A stretch of DNA of 64,000 nucleotides from a bacterium (GTDB taxonomy: Bacteria > Krumholzibacteriota > Krumholzibacteriia > Krumholzibacteriales > Krumholzibacteriaceae). Below, piece after piece: positions 19,615-30,404 of this stretch. The DNA is taken from the NCBI GenBank assembly GCA_020350885.1, contig CP070727.1:757007-821006 (forward strand). The letters run 5' to 3'. Position 1 is the stretch's first letter. Every line of letters starts with the position of its first letter. The translations under genes were made by a program, and so were the position numbers. Under the pieces are notes generated by a model. It was not told where the DNA came from and searched no databases. It saw only the letters and a program-made list of their open reading frames with translations.

Positions 19615-21816
19615 TCAGGGTGCCGCTTGTCCCGTGGCCTTTCGAAGATCGTTCATGAATGTCTCTGGAACCTTCACATTCAACCGCTTCGCAGCTTCGA
19701 CATGCCGCCACGCCCCCTGATAATCCCCGATTGAGTAATACGTGCGGGCGAGGTTTAATTGGATATCGGGATTGTGTGGATGCGCTCCCGCAGCGCTGTT
19801 GAAGATACCGAGCGCCTCTTCGAACCTGCCCTGTCGGCACAGGATCACACCGAGATTGTTCATCAACGCAACATCCCTGTTTCCGTTTCGGTACACCTCG
19901 TAGAATAGGGTCCACGATTCATCGATCCTACCCTCGCCGTAGAGCTGGGTGCCCAGCTCCGTGATATAACTACTTAGATCGTATCCCAGATCTCGTGCCT
20001 TGCGGTACAACGTGATAGTATTCCCGATCTGGCCCTTCCATGCGTAAATACTAGCAAGCGGTTCAAAGCACATAATGTAAGTCGAATCCAGACGTACTAT
20101 CTCTGATAGTTCCTTCTCGGCCAGATCCAATTTTCCCATCTTCCATAATAACACGCCGAGATTGTTTCTTGCCTCGGTGTAGTCGGGATCACGGTCTATC
20201 ACCCTGCGGTATAGTGCGACCGCTTCGGAATTCCGCCCGAGACCTGCATAGGTCGTCGCCAGGTTATAGGTATACCTGATATTCCCGGGATCCGCCTCCG
20301 AAGCAGCCCGTGTGTATGCGTTCATCCGCTGTGTATCCCCCCGCTGTTTGAAGTAAAATCCCAGCGAGCTGTATCCATACCCCCGCGCGTAATCACTCCA
20401 GAAACCGTTATCGACAAGATCGATGAAACGGGTCCTGGATCTCTCCTCATCTGCATTCAACATGATCCATGGCACTGTATGGACAACGATGACTGCAAAA
20501 ACGAAGACGGACAGGATATTCGGTACTCGTGCGTACCGCTCGAGGAGAATAAGTACGGTAAGGAGCGCAAGCGGAATCGCCATCGCCGAGAAGAGATCCC
20601 AGTCCCTGCTGACACCGATATTCTTGTTGAGGAGGAGAAACTCCAGTACATAGAAGATCGTCACCGTCTTGAGGAAGACGAGAGTGTTCTTGTTTATACT
20701 GTCCCGCGGTTCCTTACCGCGAGATCCTGACCGGGTCACACTCCCCCGTGAAGTTTTCGAGCGCATCAGTCCCGTGAATATGAATACGGCAACCGGACAG
20801 ACCAGTACGAGTTCGTTGAACGAATCGAAGAGCGTTTTCAGGGAGAACAGCGGATAGGCAATGCGGTTGCGCTGCGGCCCCGGAAACAACGGCACGAACT
20901 TCTCGTAGAAGAAACCGCCCGCCGCCCGCAAGTGCTGCAATGTCCAGAGGGCACCGAGACCGATAACGATCGCCAGAAGGACGTACGTGTAGTATTTCTT
21001 GGAGGGAATCGCTCCATACTTTCTCACCAAGAAGATCACGATGAGACCCGGCAGCAAGGCGACAGCGGAAGGATGCAGGAGTATTGCGACCGTAAATGCG
21101 GCTACAGCCATCACAGCGGATGTGCCGCTTTTCGAGTATTTGATTCCGATGAAGATGAACGCCATGACACTTGCAGCAAACGGTGGATACGGCTCGACAT
21201 ATCCGAAAAAGAGGAGCATAGTCCCCGTAGAAAGGAGCGCAAGCAGGATGAGTGTAGTTCGATCGGTATCTTTTGTAATAAGGCGCACTGTCTTATGTGC
21301 GAACACCAGGAAGACGAGACCGGACAGAACGCTTATGGCCGCTGCAACGTTGATCGGTGAGATCGAAAAGGACTGCGGAGAGCTGTTCAACAACATGAAC
21401 AGGCCCCGGTAGAGCCAGGAGGTTACGGGTTCATTGAAGATAACGTCTCTTTGCATATGATCCGCCCATACGTAGCCATCACCGAGAAAATGTGTTTCGC
21501 TTCTCAGGAGCCAGAAGAGGGTGGTGGCCGCTACACCGGTAATACATATTCCAAATATCTTTCCTTCTCTTGTTCGTCGAAGAGCATTCGGAACCTTGAT
21601 CCTGCCGGCGACGCGTACGAGCACGGAACGAAAACCGGGCAGCAGAACGAGAAGAGCGAATACAAGGATAATAGCTACGGCGGGGATGGCGATATATCGC
21701 CACTGATCGAGCCCCCAGAGCTTGGGATCCTCCCTCAACAATGGAATGAGGTGTAATAACAAGAAGATGGTATAAATTATGAGAAGTGGTGCTGGTGTGC
21801 GCTGCTGTTCTTTCAT
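19615..21816 (-). CDS. Polytopic membrane protein with C-terminal TPRs (possible GT-C-like glycosyltransferase)
   Basis: About 12 TM segments; loop motif THFLGDGY; TPRs (YNLATTY, ARNNLGVLL, MNNLGVIL); start placed after the upstream terminator. Confidence 0.7.
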   Translation of the reverse strand: MKEQQRTPAPLLIIYTIFLLLHLIPLLREDPKLWGLDQWRYIAIPAVAIILVFALLVLLPGFRSVLVRVAGRIKVPNALRRTREGKIFGICITGVAATTLFWLLRSETHFLGDGYVWADHMQRDVIFNEPVTSWLYRGLFMLLNSSPQSFSISPINVAAAISVLSGLVFLVFAHKTVRLITKDTDRTTLILLALLSTGTMLLFFGYVEPYPPFAASVMAFIFIGIKYSKSGTSAVMAVAAFTVAILLHPSAVALLPGLIVIFLVRKYGAIPSKKYYTYVLLAIVIGLGALWTLQHLRAAGGFFYEKFVPLFPGPQRNRIAYPLFSLKTLFDSFNELVLVCPVAVFIFTGLMRSKTSRGSVTRSGSRGKEPRDSINKNTLVFLKTVTIFYVLEFLLLNKNIGVSRDWDLFSAMAIPLALLTVLILLERYARVPNILSVFVFAVIVVHTVPWIMLNADEERSRTRFIDLVDNGFWSDYARGYGYSSLGFYFKQRGDTQRMNAYTRAASEADPGNIRYTYNLATTYAGLGRNSEAVALYRRVIDRDPDYTEARNNLGVLLWKMGKLDLAEKELSEIVRLDSTYIMCFEPLASIYAWKGQIGNTITLYRKARDLGYDLSSYITELGTQLYGEGRIDESWTLFYEVYRNGNRDVALMNNLGVILCRQGRFEEALGIFNSAAGAHPHNPDIQLNLARTYYSIGDYQGAWRHVEAAKRLNVKVPETFMNDLRKATGQAAP

Positions 21817-21837
21817 TTCGACTGTCGCTCTCTCCAC

Positions 21838-21870
21838 TAAAAGGGGCGGCCCGTTAATCGAGCCGCCCCT
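21838..21870 (-). terminator. Rho-independent terminator after the S8 protease gene
   Basis: Minus strand AGGGGCGGC-loop-GCCGCCCCT followed by TTTAG. Confidence 0.75.
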
Positions 21871-21925
21871 CATTCTAACATGTATAATGCTTCCTGGAAA
21901 GCACTACACATAAAGGCATCGAGCT

Positions 21926-24900
21926 CTACCTGAGCAGCACCATCTTCTTCATGACCGACTTTGTCCCCTGCGTCAGCCTGTAGAAGTAGACACCGGATGT
22001 ATTACCCGCTGCATTCCACTCGATCTCGTGCGTATCGGCTGGTAGCACGTTATTCACCAGGATTGCGACGCGCTGGCCGGCCACGTTGAAGATCTCGAGC
22101 GTCGCAAGTCCCTCCCGCTCCAGTGTGAACCGGATTATTGTCACCGGATTGAACGGGTTAGGGTAGTTCTGGTGCAGCGTGAACTGCGCGGGCACTTCCG
22201 GCTCCTTGTCGGCGATGTCGGGACCGCTGGAGCTACCTCCACCGGTCAAACCGCGGAATTCGATTTCGTCGATGTAGACGTCATCGTAGTTGCCGCTTGC
22301 GTCGCACATGAAGCGCAACTGGGCGTTTGTCGGGTAGTTGTACGTGCCCTTGGGGATCGTGACGACCTTGTTGTAGAACACGTTGTTGTCGAAGTCGATG
22401 CTTCGTGCATACGATGCCACGGTGTGCCAGGTTGAGCCGTCGTAGTACTGGACCCAGAAATCCTCACTGGAATTGTCCATACTCACGGCCATGAACCAGA
22501 ACTCCACCTCGAGATCTGCGTAGCCCGACACGTTGTAACCGACAGTGTGGTAGAAGGACGAGGCGACGCCGCTGTTGTCCTGGATGTCCAGTGCGGCATT
22601 TCCCTGATGAGCATATGTGCCTCCGGTGTACCGGCTGCAGTCGCCGCCGCCGTCGGTGTAGCTTCCCCAACCGCTTTCGAAGTCGTCATACGTGATGACT
22701 TCCCAGCCGCCCGTTGCGGTCACCGTGATGTAGTCGGTCTTTACCTCATCGTCCGAACCGTAGGCGTTCGTCACGGTCAATGTGACGGTGTACGTACCGA
22801 CTGACGTATACTCGTACGACGGATTCTGTGCAGTCGAGGTGCCGACGCCGTCTCCAAAATCCCATAACCAGGATGTCGGTGCACCCGTTGACTGATCAGT
22901 GAAATTGACCGTCAGGGGAACGACTCCGGATGTCGGATTTCCAACGAACGCGGCAACCGGCGGTTGTGGACCCAGTTCGGTGACGCTGATGTCATCGAAG
23001 GCGAAGCCGTCGGTCGTGATCCCGTAGTTGTCGTACTGCTGGAACTTGACCACGAATGTACTGGTAAGGCTCAATCCTGCAGATGCGGCAAGCGCATCGA
23101 GATCGAGATTGAACTCTACCCACGTGTTGTTTGTGTAGCTCGCCCCCGGCAGATCGAGTACTTTCGTAAAGCTCGAGCCGCCGTTGTCGGAGAAGTAGAC
23201 ACCGTCCTGTGTATGCGTCTCGTCACCGAACTCCTTCCACCAGAAATCGAGATCGACGTCGCCCTTGCCGGCGAGGTTCAGGAGCAGCCAGGCTTCGTTC
23301 TGGCTGTACGAGCCTCCGTTCGTGTGGTCGTCCATCACGAGGTGATAGGTACCGGAATGAGGCGTATTCGTCGAGAGGATCCGAATCCTCCCCTCCGTTC
23401 CGACCACCGTCTGCCAGTAATCGTCCAGGGCGCCCGATTCGAATCCCGTGCTGTACGGTAGATTTGCATAGCCGGTGCCCGGTTCCGTCACGGTGATGTA
23501 GTCCGTCTTGATCTCGTCATCGGAGCCGCCGGGGCCCGTCACGGTCAGGGTCACCGTGTAGGTTCCGACCGCCGTGTACTCGTACGACGGATTCTGTGCC
23601 GTCGAGGTGCCGACGCCGTCGCCGAAATCCCATGCCCACGTATCGATGCTTCCCGTCGACTGATCGGTGAAGTTCACCGTCAGCGGGACATCGCCACTCG
23701 TCGGATTGCCGACGAATGCAGCAACGGGCGGGGCCGGCGGATTGACGGTGATATAGTTCGTCTTGACCTCGTCATCGGAGCCACCGGGGCCCGTCACGGT
23801 CAGGGTGACCGTATAGGTCCCCGTCGCCGTGTACTGGTACGACGGATTCTGATCGGTCGAGGTACCAACGCCGTCTCCGAAATCCCACGACCATGTATTA
23901 ATTGCACCGGTCGACTGATCGGTGAAGTTCACCGTCAGCGGTACCTCGCCGCTCGTCGGATTACCGACGAACGCAGCAACCGGGGGCGTCGGCGTGACCT
24001 CGGTGACACTGATGTCGTCGAAGGCGAAACCGTCGGTGGTCACTGCATAGTTGTCGTACTGCTGGAACTTGATGACGAAGGTGCCGGTCAGGCTCAATCC
24101 GGCCGATGAGGCGAGGGCGTCCACGTCCAGAACGAAATTGTTCCAGACGTTGTTGGTGTAGCTTGCGCCGGGGAGATCGAGCACCTTCGTAAAGCTCGAG
24201 CCGCCGTTGTCGGAGAAGTAAACGCCGTCCTGGGTGTGTGTCTCATCGCCGAATTCCTTCCACCAGAAATCGAGCTCCACGTCGCTTGCGCCTGCGAGAT
24301 CCAGGTGCAGCCACGCTTCGCACTGGCTGTAGTTGCCGCCGTTGACAGCATCGTCCATCACCATATGGTAGGACCCGGAATGAGGCATGTTCGCAGTCGA
24401 GATCTGGATTCGTCCCTCATTGGTCACATTGGTGGTCCAGTACTGATCCAGGCTCCCCGATTCGAATCCAGTGCTGTACGGCAGATCGGCGTAGCCGCTG
24501 CCCGGTTCCGTCACGGTGATGTAGTTGACCTTGACCTCATCATCCGAGCCGTACGCATTCGACACCGTCAGTGTCACGGTATAGGTGCCGGGCGTTGTGT
24601 ATGTATGGCTCGGATGCTGTGCACTGGATGAGCCTGTATCACCGAAATCCCAGCTCCACGATGTGGGGCCGCCTGTCGACTGGTCGGTAAAGTCGACGAT
24701 CAGCGGCGCTTCGCCGCTTGTCGGCGAGCCGACGAATGCAGCCGTCGGCGGTGTCGGACCGCCTCCGCCCACCGCCGCCTCGGCGTCGACCATACCGTAG
24801 CCGCTGTAGCGGTCCCAGCCGGAGCCGGACTCGACGTTCACGATGTCGATGGCAGTCGTGCAGATCTGGTTGCGGATCTGCGACGCTGTCCAGGTCGGAT

Positions 24901-26317
24901 TCTGCGACTTGATCAGACCGCAGACACCCGCCACGTACGGCGTGGCGCAGGAGGTGCCATTGAAGAACGGCTCATAGTCACCGGACCGGTACCCGCCGCT
25001 GCCGACGATATCGGTCGTCGGGAGGATCGTCGGACCGAGGATATCGACCGCACCCGCGGCATCCTGGCTGTTGGGGCCGTAGTTCGAGCCCCACCAGCGC
25101 TCGCCGTCGCAGGTGTAGCCGTTCGGATCGGGGTTGACACCGGGATTGCACTCGGAGGAGTTGCTGCTGCTGCGCTTGCGGTCGCCGCAGGGAGAGGCCG
25201 CGCCCACGCCGATCACATACGTATGGTTGGCCGGATAGCTGATGTAAGAATAGTTGTCATTGCTCGTCGCCGCCAGGATAACACAACCGGCGTTGTAGGC
25301 ATAGGTGATCGCCGCGTCCGTCGCGGGATCGTAACCGGGATCGACATACGCCCCAAGGCTGATGCTGATGATGTCAGCACCGTTATCGGCCGCATAATAG
25401 AGCGCGTTCTCGATCGCCGAGAAGTACATCGAGCCTGCGCTGTTAGCAACCTTGAGCGGCATAACCCTGCAGTTGGGCGCTGAACCGCAGGCGCCCAGGC
25501 CGTTGTTCACATTGGCCGTTGCTACACCGGCACAACAGGTGCCGTGACCGGCTGCTGCCGAGTTATCATCCGGATTGCTGTCGCCATCACCGAAGTCGTA
25601 GCCGCTGACCAGCGTCAGATCGGGGTGGTCGATATCGACGCCCGTATCGATGATGGCGATGATGATGCTCGAGCTGCCGAATCCCTGGCTCGCATCCCAG
25701 GCAGCCTGGGCATTCGCGTCGAAACCGGGGGTGCCGACCGTGGTGGGAAGCGTATGGTCGTACGTTCCCCCCCAATCCACATCGGGAAGCTGGGCCGTGT
25801 TGTTATGCCCCCAGTGATCAGGATAGAGAGGATCACTCGGTACGACCGCGGGGAAAGCAACCCAGTCGGGCTTGGCGTACTCGACATTGGGATCCGCCAT
25901 GTATCGATCCACGATATCAGGAATATTGGATCCACTCGGCACCTCGACCATGAACCAGCGGTCGATGCCGAGTCTCACGGCCTCTTCCTTGTTCTTGAGC
26001 TCGATGTACGGACGGTAGATCTTGAGCGCTCCGACTGCACGGCTTACAGCATCCACCGAAGGTATACCGGTCTGCGCGCCGGACAGCATCGCCCCTCTCC
26101 CAGGGGCAACCTGTAACTGGGGATTCTCGAGACTGTGCTCTGTGAACTTGACCAAAATGCGGTCCGGTGCGTAAGGAAGCACCGTCTCTCCAGCCGTAAC
26201 GAAACCCTTCTGAACCGGTGAGAACTCACGCGGTGTCATAGGCTCCGCAGCAACGCAGAGAAGAGGTATGAGTATCAAAAGTAGGCTAATAGAAGAGACA
26301 AGCGATATTTTCTTCAT
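21926..26317 (-). CDS. Secreted S8 subtilase with 4 PKD domains, two related YxxLPYSTGFESG domains, a third beta-sandwich domain and a FlgD/Por-type C-terminal domain
   Basis: Triad motifs IDTG, HGTCCAG, GTSCATP; four P.AAFVG.PTSG..PL.V.FTDQSTG....W.WDFGD units; LHQNYPNPFNP tail. Confidence 0.92.
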   Translation of the reverse strand: MKKISLVSSISLLLILIPLLCVAAEPMTPREFSPVQKGFVTAGETVLPYAPDRILVKFTEHSLENPQLQVAPGRGAMLSGAQTGIPSVDAVSRAVGALKIYRPYIELKNKEEAVRLGIDRWFMVEVPSGSNIPDIVDRYMADPNVEYAKPDWVAFPAVVPSDPLYPDHWGHNNTAQLPDVDWGGTYDHTLPTTVGTPGFDANAQAAWDASQGFGSSSIIIAIIDTGVDIDHPDLTLVSGYDFGDGDSNPDDNSAAAGHGTCCAGVATANVNNGLGACGSAPNCRVMPLKVANSAGSMYFSAIENALYYAADNGADIISISLGAYVDPGYDPATDAAITYAYNAGCVILAATSNDNYSYISYPANHTYVIGVGAASPCGDRKRSSSNSSECNPGVNPDPNGYTCDGERWWGSNYGPNSQDAAGAVDILGPTILPTTDIVGSGGYRSGDYEPFFNGTSCATPYVAGVCGLIKSQNPTWTASQIRNQICTTAIDIVNVESGSGWDRYSGYGMVDAEAAVGGGGPTPPTAAFVGSPTSGEAPLIVDFTDQSTGGPTSWSWDFGDTGSSSAQHPSHTYTTPGTYTVTLTVSNAYGSDDEVKVNYITVTEPGSGYADLPYSTGFESGSLDQYWTTNVTNEGRIQISTANMPHSGSYHMVMDDAVNGGNYSQCEAWLHLDLAGASDVELDFWWKEFGDETHTQDGVYFSDNGGSSFTKVLDLPGASYTNNVWNNFVLDVDALASSAGLSLTGTFVIKFQQYDNYAVTTDGFAFDDISVTEVTPTPPVAAFVGNPTSGEVPLTVNFTDQSTGAINTWSWDFGDGVGTSTDQNPSYQYTATGTYTVTLTVTGPGGSDDEVKTNYITVNPPAPPVAAFVGNPTSGDVPLTVNFTDQSTGSIDTWAWDFGDGVGTSTAQNPSYEYTAVGTYTVTLTVTGPGGSDDEIKTDYITVTEPGTGYANLPYSTGFESGALDDYWQTVVGTEGRIRILSTNTPHSGTYHLVMDDHTNGGSYSQNEAWLLLNLAGKGDVDLDFWWKEFGDETHTQDGVYFSDNGGSSFTKVLDLPGASYTNNTWVEFNLDLDALAASAGLSLTSTFVVKFQQYDNYGITTDGFAFDDISVTELGPQPPVAAFVGNPTSGVVPLTVNFTDQSTGAPTSWLWDFGDGVGTSTAQNPSYEYTSVGTYTVTLTVTNAYGSDDEVKTDYITVTATGGWEVITYDDFESGWGSYTDGGGDCSRYTGGTYAHQGNAALDIQDNSGVASSFYHTVGYNVSGYADLEVEFWFMAVSMDNSSEDFWVQYYDGSTWHTVASYARSIDFDNNVFYNKVVTIPKGTYNYPTNAQLRFMCDASGNYDDVYIDEIEFRGLTGGGSSSGPDIADKEPEVPAQFTLHQNYPNPFNPVTIIRFTLEREGLATLEIFNVAGQRVAILVNNVLPADTHEIEWNAAGNTSGVYFYRLTQGTKSVMKKMVLLR

Positions 26318-26808
26318 GGTCACTCCTTACCGTTTTATCGCCGTAACCCGTGCCTGTAACTGTCACAGCTCTGACTCACTCGGGTGTTCGGCAGGTGAAA
26401 TGCTGAACCATCCATGCGGTTCTACACAATTGTAAACGGTCGGTTTATTCCTCCTTTCGTTTGTGACTGAAAACCCCTATTGTCTCAAAAATTCACCCCC
26501 CACCCCCCATCCCTAAAAACATACAGGCTCGCTGTCATCCGTGCAGATACACGAATCCAACACACACGCGCCGTCCCTATTAGTGCATATACAAGGATAC
26601 TAGCCCGCCCGTTATCCGGTCGGGAAAAGGTGTGGCCCTTATTTAGTGCATGAATGCCCGCTTCAGTTCTTACCAGATCTTACCAGAGACTTGTAAGATC
26701 CCGTACCCCATCCCTACGTCTTGAACTGGATATAATATTGTACCCCATCCCCGGATCTACTTCAAGATCGTATTTCCCGCCTGCCCCGAGATGAAATACG
26801 GAGCAGCC

Positions 26809-28305
26809 CTAAGCCTTATCCGGAAACAGCTCCCGGAGCATTGCCTTCTCCGGGGCCTTCGTGGCCAGGCTCACGACAACGAGCGCCAGCACCGAGACGA
26901 TCAGCGCAGGATAGATGAGCGGGATGCCGAATGGATCGCCCTCGGGGACCAAGTGCGCGGGGAGGAGGTAAGTGAGCACCTTGAGCACAACGCATACGAC
27001 GGCACCGCTTATAATGCTGGCAAGCCCGCCCGCCTTCGTGGCCCGTTTCCAGGCGAGGGCTGCAATGAGCGCCGGTGTAATCGAGACACCGTAGATCGTA
27101 TAGGCGAAGTATGCCATGTTGAGGACGGACTTGAGCTGGGTTGCGAGGAAGAACGCCACCACACCGAGCACCACAACCCAGAGTCGCTGGAAGACGACCA
27201 TTTTCTTCTGGTCGGCACCGGGATTGATGAAACGCTGGTAGATATCGCGCATGATGTTGGTTGTCGGTGAGAGGAGGTAATTCATACCGGTCGAGAGCAC
27301 AACGACCACGGCGGCCGCCAGGAGCAGCACACCCACCGGGAGCGGCACAAGGTTCTTCGCCGCAAGTAGTACGAGCTTTCCACCCTCCTTCGGCACATCG
27401 GGATTGATAAGAAGCCGCCCGTCAGCGCCCGTCATCCCCACGAGCTTCACCATGGCAAAGACTGCGATCGCAACGACGACCGTCTCCACGACAACCGTAC
27501 CGATCGTCCAGAAAATCACCGAGATTTTCGCATCACGAGGTGTCCTCGCGCTGTAGAACTTCTGGTACATGCTCTGCACACCCATGAGTAGCAGGAAGGT
27601 CGCAAGGAAATACCCAATCACCTTCAGTGTCGGGTGAGCGCCGAACGCCTGGTTCACGGCATGAAAGTGGCCCTCCGGAAGGGCCGCCATCGCCCCTTCC
27701 CAACCGCCCGCCTTGAGGTAGATGAAGGGAAGCGATACGATACAGGCGAGGATGATGATGATCCCGTTCGGCAGGTCAGTGTAGGCCACGGCCACCATCC
27801 CGGCGAGCGCCGTAAAAAGGATAACGAAGCACGCCGCCAGAAGCGTGCCGAGCTCGGCAGAGATCGCCCCCTCGGTAATGACATTCAGAATGAATCCTCC
27901 CGCAACGAACTGGTAGCTCACGATGGCAACGAAGCTTATGATGAGGGCGATGGCACCGGCGATCCTGGCCACCTTGCCGTAGCGTACCTCCATGATGTCG
28001 CCGATCGTGTACTGTCCGAAGGTGCGGATCTTGCCCGCCAGGAAGTAGATCAGTATGATCCCCACCCAGGCGCCCGCTGCAAGCCAGAGGGCCGAGAATC
28101 CGGCCTGGTAGCTGAATTCGGCGCCGGCGATGAAGGTTCCCGAGCCGATCCACGTGCAGATAAGCGTGAAGACCATGACCCAGACGCTCAGGCTGCGCCC
28201 GGCTACCATGAAGTCCTCCTGGTCCTTTACCTTCCTGGCACGGTAGAAGTTGAAGCCCATGAGCACCAGGAGATAGGCGAGGATAACGTAGAGGTAAACG
28301 TTCAT
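26809..28305 (-). CDS. Sodium:solute symporter (SSS) family
   Basis: FMVAGRSL, TWIGSG, YTIGDIMEVRYG, GMVAVAYTD; about 13 TM. Confidence 0.92.
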   Translation of the reverse strand: MNVYLYVILAYLLVLMGFNFYRARKVKDQEDFMVAGRSLSVWVMVFTLICTWIGSGTFIAGAEFSYQAGFSALWLAAGAWVGIILIYFLAGKIRTFGQYTIGDIMEVRYGKVARIAGAIALIISFVAIVSYQFVAGGFILNVITEGAISAELGTLLAACFVILFTALAGMVAVAYTDLPNGIIIILACIVSLPFIYLKAGGWEGAMAALPEGHFHAVNQAFGAHPTLKVIGYFLATFLLLMGVQSMYQKFYSARTPRDAKISVIFWTIGTVVVETVVVAIAVFAMVKLVGMTGADGRLLINPDVPKEGGKLVLLAAKNLVPLPVGVLLLAAAVVVVLSTGMNYLLSPTTNIMRDIYQRFINPGADQKKMVVFQRLWVVVLGVVAFFLATQLKSVLNMAYFAYTIYGVSITPALIAALAWKRATKAGGLASIISGAVVCVVLKVLTYLLPAHLVPEGDPFGIPLIYPALIVSVLALVVVSLATKAPEKAMLRELFPDKA

Positions 28306-28396
28306 CGAACGGCTCCTTTCGGCCTGATCGTAACGACTATTACATTAGCAAAGCTGCTCGTTCCTCAAGTGATAGCTAGCAAACGCCTGTCCGGCG

Positions 28397-28978
28397 TTAT
28401 TCTCCTTTTCGTTTCCAGAAATTCTTCAAATAGACAGAATACGTGCCGCCGGGAAACGCTAATTCAAAAACTTCTTCGAACTCGTCGTCATCTCGAATGG
28501 TATAGGTCATTCTCGCTCGCAATCCCGGCGGTGCATTCTCGCTGCTCTCTGAAACAAAAACAAATACCTTGTTATCGGTAGACAGGCTGTCGAGGGTAAA
28601 TCGATTTACAAACCCCTCGATATTGAACTGCCGCATAACAATTATATCCCGGTTCGAATCGTAGCTGTAGAAGGTCCAGTCCTCGTGCACCTCACCCTCG
28701 GGATTTTTCTCCTGCGGCTCGAACTTAGAAATGTTTCTGAAATAGAGGTACCTGCCGTCCATGATATATTCGTACGTCCGCTCGCCCTTTCCTATACCGG
28801 GCCTACCGGTCTCGTGCCCGACCCATGTGCCCACGAAGTAATCGAACGGTTGCCATACCGACTTTTCAGCGGTCTGTGACCATATTAAGACGGGGAAAAG
28901 AATAATGAATGTAATGATCAAATGCTTACATACCTTGCACACAATCTTAACCTGCCTCGTGATTGGTACATATTGCAC
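28397..28978 (-). CDS. Exported beta-barrel protein (nitrobindin/FABP-like or DUF1579-like)
   Basis: Signal-like hydrophobic stretch, F.YFVGTW.G, alternating beta-strand pattern; start uncertain. Confidence 0.55.
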   Translation of the reverse strand: MQYVPITRQVKIVCKVCKHLIITFIILFPVLIWSQTAEKSVWQPFDYFVGTWVGHETGRPGIGKGERTYEYIMDGRYLYFRNISKFEPQEKNPEGEVHEDWTFYSYDSNRDIIVMRQFNIEGFVNRFTLDSLSTDNKVFVFVSESSENAPPGLRARMTYTIRDDDEFEEVFELAFPGGTYSVYLKNFWKRKGE

Positions 28979-29020
28979 ATGTTTATATTCCGATTCACCA
29001 TGTTACATCGGCAGCTACCA

Positions 29021-30205
29021 CTACACATGAACCCGCACCAGCTCCATCTGCTCCTCGCCGTGGACGTCGACCTCGCCGTTAAGCGTGATGAAGCAGTCTA
29101 TCTCGCTGCGGACCGCCATCTCGCCCTCGAAGTAGATCCCTGGCTCGATAGAGAAACAGATCCCCGGCACGAGACGGCGCTCGTCCTTCGTCTCGAAGTT
29201 GTCCATATGGACACCGTTCCCGTGAAGCTCCTCTCCGATCGAGTGGCCCGTGCGGTGAACGAACTGTTCGCCATAACCGGCCTCCCTGACGACGTTGCGG
29301 CATGCATCGTCGACCTCCCAGCCGTAGCAGGGCTCGCCATCGGCGAATCGCTTGCGTATGAAGTTCAGGGCAGCTATACGGGCGTCCCGTGCGACGTGGA
29401 ATATCTCTTGATATTTCTCGGGAGGGTCGTCGCCAACGTAACCGCACCATGTGATGTCGTAGTAGATCGAGCCCGGTTCCTTGAGCTTGCCCCAGAGATC
29501 GATCAGCACCATATCACCTCTCTTGAACTCGTAGGAGCCCTCCTCTGTAGGTTCGAAGTGGGGATTTGCCGGGTGGTCGTTGATGCCGACGATCGGAACA
29601 TCTCCGCCGGGATCGATTCCCTCCGCGTCGAGACGCTCGAGGATAAACTTCATGAGCTCGTACTCGGTCAGCTTCTTGCCCCCGCTGATCTCCTTGCCGA
29701 TCTCGGCGAAGGCCTCGTTCTTGATGTGCTGGATAATATCTCCCGCCTTGAGATGGCTCTCGTAACCCTTCTGGTCTATCACGGCTTCGAACTGTTGGAC
29801 GAGATCCGCCGAGGAGACGATCTCGGGTCCGAAGCTCCGTATGAGATCGATCGTGCCCCCGTCGATGATCGAGGTGTAGGGGATGTTGTTGAGCGGCGAG
29901 TACTGCATAGCGATCTTTTTCGCCCCGCCGACGATCTTCTTCAGTGATGCGTGAAGATCCACCCATGCACTGTACGACATCTTGTCTCCGGGCAGGGAAT
30001 CGAGCTTCGTCTTCTCGACGTTGTGCACGAGGCGGACCGGCTTTCCTTCAGCAGGGATGAAATAGAACCACCGGCGCGAGGTCATCTTGTTGAAATCCAT
30101 ATCGAGAATACGGTAGGCCAGACGGTCGCGGTTGTGAAAGTCACAGAGCAGCCACCCGTCGATGCTCATTTCCTTGATTGCTGTCTGTATCTTCTTTACA
30201 TCCAT
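29021..30205 (-). CDS. M24-family Xaa-Pro peptidase
   Basis: NPHFEP, LIDLWG, YYDITW, HRTGHSIG, FSIEPGIY, VRSEID metal ligands. Confidence 0.9.
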   Translation of the reverse strand: MDVKKIQTAIKEMSIDGWLLCDFHNRDRLAYRILDMDFNKMTSRRWFYFIPAEGKPVRLVHNVEKTKLDSLPGDKMSYSAWVDLHASLKKIVGGAKKIAMQYSPLNNIPYTSIIDGGTIDLIRSFGPEIVSSADLVQQFEAVIDQKGYESHLKAGDIIQHIKNEAFAEIGKEISGGKKLTEYELMKFILERLDAEGIDPGGDVPIVGINDHPANPHFEPTEEGSYEFKRGDMVLIDLWGKLKEPGSIYYDITWCGYVGDDPPEKYQEIFHVARDARIAALNFIRKRFADGEPCYGWEVDDACRNVVREAGYGEQFVHRTGHSIGEELHGNGVHMDNFETKDERRLVPGICFSIEPGIYFEGEMAVRSEIDCFITLNGEVDVHGEEQMELVRVHV

Positions 30206-30404
30206 CGGAATTCCTCCATGGTAATGTGATTGGTGATCGAATGCCCAACGCTAGCACGGCCGTAAACGGGATGTCAAGAAATGGGTTGCGGGCATCCACA
30301 GCCTACGGGGGCCGGAAAATGATGCGGAAAAAATGCTACCGATGTGAGAAGATGAAGACCGACTGTGTAGCGTTGCATCACAGAGAGAACAGTAAACGGA
30401 TGAT

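Noticed and set aside
26324-26808. Riboswitch or small ORF in the long leader of the S8 protease gene
   Set aside because: No recognisable aptamer consensus; the SD-like AAAGGAGG is not followed by a start codon at a usable distance
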